This document shows positions 18,920 through 28,044 of a DNA stretch of 32,000 nt, one piece after another. The translations under genes were made by a program, and so were the position numbers. The stretch is from assembly GCF_016127575.1 (NCBI RefSeq), contig NZ_CP066018.1, positions 360,001-392,000 of the forward strand. Direction: 5' to 3'. The notes under the pieces are model-generated. The model saw only the letters and a program-made list of their open reading frames with translations, was not told where the DNA came from and did no database searches. The first letter of the stretch is position 1, and each line of letters opens with the position of its first letter. This DNA is from Cupriavidus necator (lineage in GTDB: Bacteria; Pseudomonadota; Gammaproteobacteria; Burkholderiales; Burkholderiaceae).

Positions 18920-19819
18920 CTAAGAAGCCTTGCCGCCGTTCTCGCGCTGCTTCTTCTCGATGGCCGGCTTGCCGTGCATCGCCCGCCAGGCCCATAGCAC
19001 ATAGCCCGAGATCGCATAGGCCACGAACAGGCCGAACAGCGCCACCGGCGGATCGGTGGACACCACCACGAACAGCACCAGGACCAGCACCATCATGCCG
19101 AACGGCACGCGGTAGCGAACGTCAAGCGCCTTGCCGCTGTAGAACGGCGCGTTGGACACCATCGACAGGCCGGCGTACAGCGTGATGCCGAACGCCACCC
19201 ACGGCATCCACAGCTCCTTGACCGGCAGCTTGTTGTCGATCACCAGCCAGACGAAGCCCGCGACCAGCGCGGCGGCGGCCGGGCTGGGCAGGCCCTGGAA
19301 GAAGCGCTTGTCTACCACGCCGATGTTGGCGTTGAAGCGCGCCAGGCGCAGCGCAGCGCAGGTGCAGTAGACAAAGGCTGCGATCCACCCCCACTTGCCC
19401 AGGTCATGCAGGATCCACTCATACATCACCAGCGCCGGCGCAACCCCGAAAGAGGTCATGTCCGACAGCGAGTCATACTGCTCGCCAAACGCACTCTGCG
19501 TATTGGTGATGCGCGCCACGCGCCCGTCCATGCCGTCCAGCACCATCGCCGCGAAGATGGCGATGGCCGCCGCATCGAAGCGCATGTTCATGGCCTGGAC
19601 GATGGCGAAAAAACCCGCGAACAGCGCCGCAGTGGTGAACGCGTTGGGCAGCAGGTAGATGCCGCGCCGGCGCGGACGCTGATAGACGATGTCGTGGTCG
19701 TCGGCGGCTTCGTCATCGAAGTTGTCGTCGGCGCCGCGCAGCTGGTTATGGCGGAACGGCCGCAGGTGGGTCACGTTGCCGCTGCTGCTGCGCTTGTTAC
19801 GTCGATGGAAGGCAACCAT
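18920..19819 (-). CDS. pssA: CDP-diacylglycerol--serine O-phosphatidyltransferase
   Basis: 299 aa from the ATG at 19819 (GGAGG 6 nt upstream). CDP-alcohol phosphatidyltransferase motif LDGMDGRVARITNTQSAFGEQYDSLSD, with multiple TM segments. Confidence 0.9.
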   Translation of the reverse strand: MVAFHRRNKRSSSGNVTHLRPFRHNQLRGADDNFDDEAADDHDIVYQRPRRRGIYLLPNAFTTAALFAGFFAIVQAMNMRFDAAAIAIFAAMVLDGMDGRVARITNTQSAFGEQYDSLSDMTSFGVAPALVMYEWILHDLGKWGWIAAFVYCTCAALRLARFNANIGVVDKRFFQGLPSPAAAALVAGFVWLVIDNKLPVKELWMPWVAFGITLYAGLSMVSNAPFYSGKALDVRYRVPFGMMVLVLVLFVVVSTDPPVALFGLFVAYAISGYVLWAWRAMHGKPAIEKKQRENGGKAS

Positions 19820-19844
19820 CACAGTCCTCCGGTCAGGCTGTCTC

Positions 19845-20495
19845 TCACTTCACGTCGAGTTCGGCGAGGATGGTCGACGAGGCCGATACCTTCTCGCCGA
19901 TGGTCACGCGCGGACGCGCATCGAGCGGCAGGTAGACGTCCACGCGCGAGCCGAAGCGGATAAAGCCGTAGCGCTGGCCGCGCGAGAGGTTGTCGCCCAC
20001 CTTGGTGTAGCACAGGATGCGGCGAGCCACCAGGCCGGCCACCTGCACCAGCGTCACCAGCTGGCCGTCCGCAGCGCGCCGGATCAGCACGGCATTGCGC
20101 TCGTTCTCGACCGAGGCCTTGTCCATGTCGGCGTTGACGAACTTGCCGGGGAAATATTCGACCTTCTCGACCGCGCCATCGACCGAGACCCGGTTCGAGT
20201 GCACGTTGAAGACGTTCATGAAGACGCTGATCTTCAGCGCCTCGCGGCCGGCGTACGGGTCCTGGGTCTTTTCGACCACGACGATGCGGCCGTCCGCGGG
20301 GGCCAGCACCGCGTTGGGCTGCGACGGGATCGGGCGCGGCGGATCGCGGAAGAACTGGAGCACGAATACCGTGATGATCCACAACGGCAACGCCCACCAG
20401 AAGCCCGCGCTGGCGTGCACCAGCAGCGAGATGACAAAGGCGCCGGCCAGGAACGGCCAGCCTTCACGGGCGATCAGCGGATGAGGATAGTTCAT
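19845..20495 (-). CDS. psd: Phosphatidylserine decarboxylase proenzyme (short type)
   Basis: 216 aa from the ATG at 20495 ([15 protein letters not shown]...). Contains the self-cleavage region [14 protein letters not shown]. It lies immediately upstream of pssA. The track ORF start at 20624 adds a non-conserved extension. Confidence 0.9.
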
Positions 20496-20590
20496 GCAGT
20501 ACAGGTGTCGGTGGATACAAGACCATGGCAAGGCGGCGCGGCGGCGGCAATAGCCGCCATCGGGCGGCGCCCCCGTGGTCGCGGAGCAGG

Positions 20591-20620
20591 ATAATGCACG
20601 CCTTGCCCAAAGTCTGACAA
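20591..20620 (-). promoter_or_regulatory. Candidate sigma70 promoter TTGTCA-N18-CATTAT for psd-pssA
   Basis: Minus strand reads TTGTCA (20620-20615), 18 nt, then CATTAT (20596-20591), directly downstream of the ilvC terminator hairpin. Motif match only. Confidence 0.3.
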
Positions 20621-20622
20621 GC

Positions 20623-20697
20623 ATAACAAAAAGCCGTTCAGGTCCCGCGACTCCCCTCTGATAATAGAAGGGCGTGGCACGGAACGCTGAACGGCTT
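20623..20697 (-). terminator. Long rod-like hairpin plus U tract downstream of ilvC
   Basis: Minus-strand RNA: AAGCCGUUCAG C GUUCCGUG CCACG CCCUUCU AUUAUC AGAGGGG AGU CGCGGGAC CUGAACGGCUU UUUGUUAUG. That is 11+8+7 bp (three G-U pairs), then a U-rich tail. Confidence 0.5.
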
Positions 20698-20741
20698 CGG
20701 CCCGCCGCCGTGCGGCGCGGGCCATCAGACAGCGATGCAGC

Positions 20742-21881
<1,140 letters not shown>

Positions 21882-22373
21882 TCAGACCTTCAGGATGCGC
21901 TCGCCGCGGCCGATGCCCGAGCCACCGGTACGGACGGTCTCGAGGATGGCGGTGCGGTCGATGGCGTCCAGGAACGCATCGAGCTTGACGCCGTTGCCGG
22001 TCAGCTCGATGGTGTAGGTCTTCTCGGTGACATCGATGATGCGGCCGCGGAAGATGTCGGCGGTGCGCTTCATTTCCTCGCGCTCCTTGCCCACCGCGCG
22101 CACCTTGACGAGCATCAGCTCGCGTTCGATGTGCGCGCCTTCGGTCAGGTCGACCACCTTGACCACTTCCACCAGGCGGTTCAGGTGCTTGGTGATCTGC
22201 TCGATCACGTCATCCGAGCCGGAGGTGACAATGGTCATGCGCGACAGCGAGGCATCCTCGGTGGGTGCCACGGTCAGCGTCTCGATGTTATAGCCGCGGG
22301 CCGAGAACAGGCCCACCACGCGCGACAGCGCGCCCGGTTCGTTTTCCAGCAGGACCGAAATGATGTGACGCAT
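21882..22373 (-). CDS. ilvH: Acetolactate synthase small (regulatory) subunit
   Basis: 163 aa from the ATG at 22373: MRHIISVLLENEPGALSRVVGLFSARGYNIETLTVAPTED (ACT domain). The start overlaps the ilvI stop (TAATG). Confidence 0.95.
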   Translation of the reverse strand: MRHIISVLLENEPGALSRVVGLFSARGYNIETLTVAPTEDASLSRMTIVTSGSDDVIEQITKHLNRLVEVVKVVDLTEGAHIERELMLVKVRAVGKEREEMKRTADIFRGRIIDVTEKTYTIELTGNGVKLDAFLDAIDRTAILETVRTGGSGIGRGERILKV

Positions 22374-24136
22374 TACAGGTCCTCCGCGCCGAGCAGCATT
22401 TCGGAAATGCCCTTGCCCGCCTGGACCATCGGCCAGACGTTTTCGGTGGGATCGGTCTGGAAGTCCAGGAACACGGTACGGTCCTTCAGGCGGAACGCCT
22501 CGCGCAGCGCCGGCTCGACGTCCGACGTCTTCTCGACGCGCATGCCGACGTGCCCGTAGGCCTCGGCCAGCTTGACGAAATCGGGCAGCGCGTCCATGTA
22601 GGAGTGCGAGTAACGGTTGTCGTACTCGATCTCCTGCCACTGGCGCACCATGCCCAGGTAGCCATTATTGAGCGAGCAGATCTTCACCGGGGTGTCGTAC
22701 TGCAGGCAGGTCGACAGTTCCTGGATGCACATCTGGATCGAGCCTTCACCGGTGATGGTGACGACTTCCTTTTCCGGGAATGCCTTCTTGATGCCCATCG
22801 CGTACGGCAGGCCCACGCCCATCGTGCCCAGGCCGCCGGAATTGATCCAGCGGCGCGGCTCGTCGAACTTGTAGAACTGCGCGGCCCACATCTGGTGCTG
22901 GCCGACGTCGGAGCAGATAAAGGCGTCGCCCTTGGTCAGTTCCCAGATCTTTTCCACCACGTACTGCGGCTTGATGATCTCGGAGCTGCGGTCGTACTTC
23001 AGGCAGTCCACCGAACGCCATTGCTCGATCTGCTCCCACCATTTGGCGAGCGCTTCGCGCTTGGGCTTGATATCGCTGGCCTTGATCTGGGCGATCAGTT
23101 CCTGCAGCACGTCCTTGACGTTGCCGACGATGGGGATGTCGACCTTGACGCGCTTGGAGATCGACGACGGATCGATGTCGATATGGATGATCTTGCGCGC
23201 CTGCGAGGTGAAGTGCGCCGGGTTGCCGATCACGCGGTCGTCGAAGCGGGCACCGATGGCGATCAGCACGTCGCAGTTCTGCATGGCCATGTTGGCTTCA
23301 TACGTGCCGTGCATGCCGAGCATGCCGACGAACTGCTTGCTGGTGCCGGGGAACGCGCCCAGGCCCATCAGCGTGTTGGTCACCGGGTGGCCGGTCAGCG
23401 CCGCCAGCTGGCGCAGCTCGTCGCTGGCATTGGCCAGCACCACGCCGCCGCCGGTGTAGATATACGGACGCTCGGCGCCTTGCAGCAGGGCCACGGCCTT
23501 GCGGATCTGGCCCGAGTGGCCCTTGTTTACCGGGTTGTACGAGCGCATGTCGATCGACTTGGGGTACTCGTACTTGCAGGCATTGCGCGAGACATCCTTG
23601 GGGATGTCCACCACCACGGGGCCCGGACGGCCGGTCGCGGCAATGAAGAACGCCTTCTTGATGGTCGCGGCGAGGTCGCGCACGTCCTTCACCAGGAAGT
23701 TGTGCTTGACGATCGGGCGGGTAATGCCGACCGTGTCGCACTCCTGGAAGGCGTCCTGGCCAATGGCGTGGGTCGGCACGTTGCCGGTGATCACCACCAT
23801 CGGGATCGAGTCGAGGTACGCGGTGGCAATACCGGTGACGGCATTGGTCACGCCGGGACCGGAGGTCACCAGCGCCACGCCCACCTTGCCGGTTGCCCGT
23901 GCATAGCCGTCTGCGGCATGAACCGCGGCCTGCTCGTGGCGCACCAGGATGTGCTCGAACTTGGTTTGCTTGTGGAGCTCGTCGTAGATATACAGCACTG
24001 CGCCGCCGGGGTAGCCCCAGACGTACTCGACGCCTTCTTCGGCAAGTGCGTGAACGAGAATTTCCGCCCCGATCATTTCGGGTGCGGCAGATGAATTGCT
24101 GTCTGCGTGGGAGAATTCCGCGCTGGGCATGTTCAT
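22373..24136 (-). CDS. ilvI: Acetolactate synthase large (catalytic) subunit, ThDP-dependent
   Basis: 587 aa from the ATG at 24136 (AAAGGA 5 nt upstream; MNMPSAEF...). GAEILVHALAEEGVEYVWGYPGGAVL... and the ThDP motif GGLGTMGVGLPYAMG...ITGEGSIQM are present. The track start at 24151 is a TTG. Confidence 0.95.
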   Translation of the reverse strand: MNMPSAEFSHADSNSSAAPEMIGAEILVHALAEEGVEYVWGYPGGAVLYIYDELHKQTKFEHILVRHEQAAVHAADGYARATGKVGVALVTSGPGVTNAVTGIATAYLDSIPMVVITGNVPTHAIGQDAFQECDTVGITRPIVKHNFLVKDVRDLAATIKKAFFIAATGRPGPVVVDIPKDVSRNACKYEYPKSIDMRSYNPVNKGHSGQIRKAVALLQGAERPYIYTGGGVVLANASDELRQLAALTGHPVTNTLMGLGAFPGTSKQFVGMLGMHGTYEANMAMQNCDVLIAIGARFDDRVIGNPAHFTSQARKIIHIDIDPSSISKRVKVDIPIVGNVKDVLQELIAQIKASDIKPKREALAKWWEQIEQWRSVDCLKYDRSSEIIKPQYVVEKIWELTKGDAFICSDVGQHQMWAAQFYKFDEPRRWINSGGLGTMGVGLPYAMGIKKAFPEKEVVTITGEGSIQMCIQELSTCLQYDTPVKICSLNNGYLGMVRQWQEIEYDNRYSHSYMDALPDFVKLAEAYGHVGMRVEKTSDVEPALREAFRLKDRTVFLDFQTDPTENVWPMVQAGKGISEMLLGAEDL

Positions 24137-24515
24137 TTCAGTCCTTTGCAATTTTCGGCAAAAAATTGTTTGGATGCTCTCTGCCGGGCTTGTGGCTCGG
24201 GTTCAAGCGGTGCGCGTCTGCATGGAAGACCGCCTCATAAGCGGCCGGATGAGACAACCACTGATGTCGTGTGAACCGATGATGATACTGCAATGCACCA
24301 GCGCGGTCTACGGTTGTTTTTGCCCTGCGCATGAGGGATTTTCCGGAGTTGCGGCGGATTTTTTGCGCGCCGCAATGTATTTGCAGCAATACAAAGTGGT
24401 ACAGGGGGTCGTTTTTTTGCTAGCATCGCAGCACCTCGAATGTGCCACGGGCCGTACGCAGCACATTCACCAGAACCGGGCATTTGTCCCGCAGCAACGA
24501 GCCGCAACCGCCCGA

Positions 24516-25082
24516 ATGGCCACCGACCAGGAACTGTCCGATTTTCTTGCCAGCGTCGAGCGCCGCGCCTTCAAGCAGGCCGTATTTGCGGTCCGCGACG
24601 ACGACGCCGCGCTGGACATTGTCCAGGACGCCATGATCAAGCTGGCCGAGAAGTACGGCGACAAAGGCGCCGCCGAGCTGGCGCCGCTGTTCCAGCGCAT
24701 CCTGCAGAACACCATCCACGACTGGTTCCGCCGCCAGAAGGTGCGCAACACCTGGGTCTCGCTGTTTTCCAGCCTGCGCGACGACCGCGACGGCGACGAC
24801 AATGACCTGCTTGAGACGCTGGAGGCACAGGCCGGCTCCGAATCGGCCGAAAGCAGCGCCGACAAGGTCGAGCGCGCCCAGGTCATGCACATCATCGAGC
24901 AGGAAATCCAGCGCCTGCCGACGCGTCAACGCGAGGCATTCCTGATGCGTTACTGGGAAGATATGGACGTCGCCGAAACCGCCGCCGTAATGGGGTGCTC
25001 CGAAGGCAGCGTCAAGACGCACTGTTCCCGTGCCACGCATACACTTGCGCAGGCCCTGCGCGCACGGGGGGTCCGACTATGA
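24516..25082 (+). CDS. ECF-type (sigma-70 family group 4) RNA polymerase sigma factor
   Basis: 188 aa from the ATG at 24516. Region 2 (ALDIVQDAMIKLAEKY...ILQNTIHDWFRRQ) and the region 4.2 HTH (LPTRQREAFLMRYWEDMDVAETAAVMGCSEGSVKTHCSRATHTL) are present. Confidence 0.9.
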   Translation: MATDQELSDFLASVERRAFKQAVFAVRDDDAALDIVQDAMIKLAEKYGDKGAAELAPLFQRILQNTIHDWFRRQKVRNTWVSLFSSLRDDRDGDDNDLLETLEAQAGSESAESSADKVERAQVMHIIEQEIQRLPTRQREAFLMRYWEDMDVAETAAVMGCSEGSVKTHCSRATHTLAQALRARGVRL

Positions 25083-25510
25083 GCAGAAACGAAAAAGAAA
25101 TCCGCGAACGCCGGTTTGCCCAAGAGATTCGGGCGGCACTCGATGCCGGCACCGACGACCTGCCGGCCGACATCACCGAAAGGCTCGCCGCTGCGCGCCG
25201 GATGGCGGTCGCCCGCAAGAAGGCCGAGGCGCCCGTGCTGGTCCCGCAACTGGCCATGCCCGGCGCGCACGTCCCGCTGTTTGATGAAGACAGCTCCCCG
25301 CTGTACCGCGCCGGCGCCTGGCTGCGCCGCCTTGGCCTGATCTGGACGCTGGTGGCGCTGGCCGCCGGCCTGATCGGCATCTATCACTGGCAGGAGCAGA
25401 AGCGCATCGAGGAACTGGCCGATATCGACGCCGCCATGCTGCTCGACGACCTGCCGCCCACGGCCTACGCCGACGAGGGCTTCCACGTATTCCTGAAGCG
25501 CGGGCAATAG
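25079..25510 (+). CDS. DUF3619-like single-pass membrane protein (putative anti-sigma factor)
   Basis: 143 aa. Its ATG overlaps the sigma stop (ATGA). A charged N-terminal cytoplasmic part is followed by one TM helix (LGLIWTLVALAAGLIGIY) and a short C-terminal part. The family assignment is from memory of similar Burkholderiales proteins. Confidence 0.7.
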   Translation: MSRNEKEIRERRFAQEIRAALDAGTDDLPADITERLAAARRMAVARKKAEAPVLVPQLAMPGAHVPLFDEDSSPLYRAGAWLRRLGLIWTLVALAAGLIGIYHWQEQKRIEELADIDAAMLLDDLPPTAYADEGFHVFLKRGQ

Positions 25511-25511
25511 C

Positions 25512-26291
25512 ATGGCGCGCGCAATATTCCACCCCGACGCCTTGCGCCGCCGGCTGGCCGCGCTGCTGGCCGGTGCCGGCGCAGCCGCCTGCTGGGGCCT
25601 GCTGCCGCCCGCGGCGCATGCCCAGGGGGCTTCGGCGGTGACAGCGCCTGCGGCCGCGCAGGCAACCAATGCCCGGCCGGCCTGGGCCGATCTGAGCCCG
25701 GTCAACCAGCGCATCCTGGCCCCGCTGCAGCCGCTGTGGGACAGCCTGCCGGAACTGAACCGCCACAAGTGGCTGCGCATCGCCGAGCGCTACCCCAAGT
25801 TCTCCCCGGCCGAGCAGGCCCGGCTGCAGGCGCGCATGGCGGAATGGGTCAAGATGACCCCGCAGCAACGTCGGCTGGCGCGCGAGAACTACCAGATCAC
25901 CCGCTCGCTGCCGGCCGAGAAAAAGGCCGAGGCCTGGGACAAGTACCAGCAGCTGCCTGAAGAGCAGAAAAAGAAGCTGGCCGCCACCGACCACGTGCCG
26001 CGCCGCCCCGGCGCTGTCAGCGCGCTGCCCAGTGGCAAGCGCCTGCCCAGCGAAACCAGCCGCGAGTTCCACCGCGAGCCGAAATCGGCCAGCGCCGCAG
26101 CGGGTCGCAGTGGCCACACTGCCGGCAAGCCCGCCAGCGAAGCCCAGGCGCAACCGGCCTCCGCGCCCGCGGCCGTGACCGCCGCCTCGGCGCCGGCCGC
26201 CTCGGCACCGGCAGCGCTCGCCGCACCGGCATCCGCAGCCGAGGTCGCCACCGAAGCGGCCGCGGCTTCCGACGCCACCGTGCGCCAGTAA
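25512..26291 (+). CDS. Secreted DUF3106-like repeat protein
   Basis: 259 aa, starting 1 nt after the previous stop. Signal peptide (...LLPPAAHA-QG), repeated helical motifs (FSPAEQARLQARM, MTPQQRRLAREN, LPAEKKAEAWDKY, LPEEQKKKL), then an Ala/Pro/Ser-rich tail. Confidence 0.7.
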   Translation: MARAIFHPDALRRRLAALLAGAGAAACWGLLPPAAHAQGASAVTAPAAAQATNARPAWADLSPVNQRILAPLQPLWDSLPELNRHKWLRIAERYPKFSPAEQARLQARMAEWVKMTPQQRRLARENYQITRSLPAEKKAEAWDKYQQLPEEQKKKLAATDHVPRRPGAVSALPSGKRLPSETSREFHREPKSASAAAGRSGHTAGKPASEAQAQPASAPAAVTAASAPAASAPAALAAPASAAEVATEAAAASDATVRQ

Positions 26292-26304
26292 TCCCCACGT
26301 CATT

Positions 26305-26313
26305 TGGCATAAT
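26305..26313 (+). promoter_or_regulatory. Extended -10-like element TGGCATAAT upstream of the RDD gene
   Basis: TG-n-CATAAT lies 99 nt upstream of the RDD ATG. There is no good -35. A GCCGGCC...GGCCGGC hairpin (26325-26348) follows. Motif match only. Confidence 0.25.
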
Positions 26314-26411
26314 GGCTGTCTCACGCCGGCCAGCGCAGCAAGGCCGGCCCCGACTGACCCGCGCCGGCACCGCCATGCCCCCGTGCGCCAGCCCAGCCTT
26401 CTTCGCCTTCC

Positions 26412-26948
26412 ATGCCCGCTGCCACCCTCGATCCCAAGCCCGCCGCAGCCGCCCGCCCCGCCGCCCCGCCCTTGCGCCGACGCATCGCCTGCATGCTCTA
26501 TGAGGGCGTGCTGCTGTTCGGCGTGCTGAGCGCCTCGACCGCTGCCTACCTGCTGGTGCAACCGCTGCTGCAGAAGCTTGGTGTGGACGGGCCGCTCGTG
26601 ATCCAGGTGTGGAGCTTCCTGGTGATGGGCCTGTATTTCACCTGGTTCTGGCAACGCAACGGCCAGACCCTGGCCATGCAGACCTGGCGCATGCGCGTCG
26701 AGAACGCCGCCGGCGTGCCGCCGCGCTGGCCGCAGGCGGCGCTGCGCTACGTGCTGGCATGGCTGTGGCTGCCGCCATCGGCGGCAGTCGGCCATATGCT
26801 GGGGCTGGTCAAGGGGCCGTTTGTAGCGGTGCTGTGCGCCGGCCTGCTGGTCTGGGTCCTGCTGGCGTGGCTGGATCCGCGCCGCCAGTTCCTGCATGAC
26901 CGCCTGGCCGGCACGCGGCTGACCGACCTGCGCCCGCCCAAGCCATGA
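26412..26948 (+). CDS. RDD family membrane protein
   Basis: 178 aa. LRRRIACMLYEGVLLFGV..., three TM segments and a C-terminal RRQFLHDRLAGTRL (RDD signature). Confidence 0.8.
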   Translation: MPAATLDPKPAAAARPAAPPLRRRIACMLYEGVLLFGVLSASTAAYLLVQPLLQKLGVDGPLVIQVWSFLVMGLYFTWFWQRNGQTLAMQTWRMRVENAAGVPPRWPQAALRYVLAWLWLPPSAAVGHMLGLVKGPFVAVLCAGLLVWVLLAWLDPRRQFLHDRLAGTRLTDLRPPKP

Positions 26949-27925
26949 GCCTGTCGGCTGCCGGCATCCGCCGCCTTGCGGTGACCTTGCAGGCAGCCGC
27001 CGCGCTGGGCATCGCCGCCGGGCTGGTGCAACTGGCCGGATGGCCATGGCCCGGCGCGGTCGCCGCCGGTGTGGCGGCCATCCTCGGCAGCTTCGCCAGC
27101 GGCATTGCCTTCGCTTTCGCCCTGAGCGGGCGCGGCCTGTGGGTCGGGCGCGGCAATCACCCGCCCGCACCACCGCTTGAACTCGCCGCCACGCGCCGTC
27201 CGCTGCGCCTGCCTGAGGCGTTGCGCTGCTTTGCGGCCGAGTGCGTGGCCGTGCTGCGCATGTTCGACTGGCTGCAGCCATTCCGCGCGCACGCGCCCTT
27301 TGCCGCACCGCTCGATGCCCTGCCCGGCCGCGACGCCCCGCCGGTGCTGCTGGTGCACGGCTACGCCTGCGGGCAGGCCATCTGGCTCGACATGCAGCCG
27401 GCACTGGCCGCCGCTGGCTACCGCTGCGAGGGGATCGAGCTCAAGCCGGTGTTCGGCGACATCGACGACTACGCGCGCACGCTGCTGGCCGCCATGCGGC
27501 GCATCACAGCCGAGGCCGGACGCCCGCCGCTGCTGGTCTGCCACAGCATGGGCGGGCTGGCCGCGCGCGCCGCACTGCAGCTGGCGGGCGACGAAGACGT
27601 CTGCGCCGGCGTGGTGACGCTGGGCAGCCCCCATCACGGCAGCGCGCTGGCGCGCTTTGGCGGCGGCCCCAATGCGCGCCAGATGCGTTGCGGCAGCCCC
27701 TGGCTGCGCGCGCTCGCCGCCGCGGAAACCCCGCGCCGCCGTGCGCGCATGATCTCGATCTTCAGCTGGCATGACTCGATCGCCGGGCCGCCTTGCACCG
27801 GCTGGCTCGACGGCGCCGGGCATATTGCGCTGGCCGGCATCGGTCATGTCACGCTGCTGCGCCATCCCGCCGCGGTGCGTGCGGTACTCGACGCCCTCGC
27901 GGAGCTGTCCGCGCGCGGGCACTGA
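26945..27925 (+). CDS. Membrane-anchored alpha/beta hydrolase (lipase/esterase-like, GxSxG)
   Basis: 326 aa. Its start overlaps the RDD stop (ATGA). Two N-terminal TM helices, then PVLLVHGYACG, the nucleophile elbow VCHSMGGLA and LGSPHHGS, typical of class 2 lipase / PGAP1-like folds. Confidence 0.8.
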   Translation: MSLSAAGIRRLAVTLQAAAALGIAAGLVQLAGWPWPGAVAAGVAAILGSFASGIAFAFALSGRGLWVGRGNHPPAPPLELAATRRPLRLPEALRCFAAECVAVLRMFDWLQPFRAHAPFAAPLDALPGRDAPPVLLVHGYACGQAIWLDMQPALAAAGYRCEGIELKPVFGDIDDYARTLLAAMRRITAEAGRPPLLVCHSMGGLAARAALQLAGDEDVCAGVVTLGSPHHGSALARFGGGPNARQMRCGSPWLRALAAAETPRRRARMISIFSWHDSIAGPPCTGWLDGAGHIALAGIGHVTLLRHPAAVRAVLDALAELSARGH

Positions 27926-28044
27926 CACCTGCGCCAGCCAGGACTGTTCCACTTCCGCCACGATTCATATGTCAGTCATGTTTCCGTCACGGCACCGTCA
28001 TCGCGGGCTGGCTGAATGCAGCCATCGCCGCAACCGGGACTGCC

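Noticed and set aside
24203-24298. Possible Ile-rich leader peptide upstream of ilvI (GTG CAT TGC AGT ATC ATC ATC GGT ... TGA)
   Set aside because: It has a GTG start without SD and only three consecutive Ile codons, all the common ATC. No GC hairpin plus U tract lies between it and ilvI. The support is far weaker than for the leuA leader, so I do not call it.
24473-24500. ECF-type autoregulatory promoter guess GAACC-N17-CAACGA upstream of the sigma gene
   Set aside because: The match to any ECF consensus is loose, the implied TSS would be about 10 nt from the ATG with no SD, and I cannot test it against a regulon. I do not report it as a feature.
25173-27404. 743-aa minus-strand ORF opposite the DUF3619/DUF3106/RDD/hydrolase genes
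   Set aside because: Same artefact: an Arg/Gly/Ala/Pro-rich antisense frame with no start context. The plus-strand genes carry clear signal peptides, TM helices and catalytic motifs.
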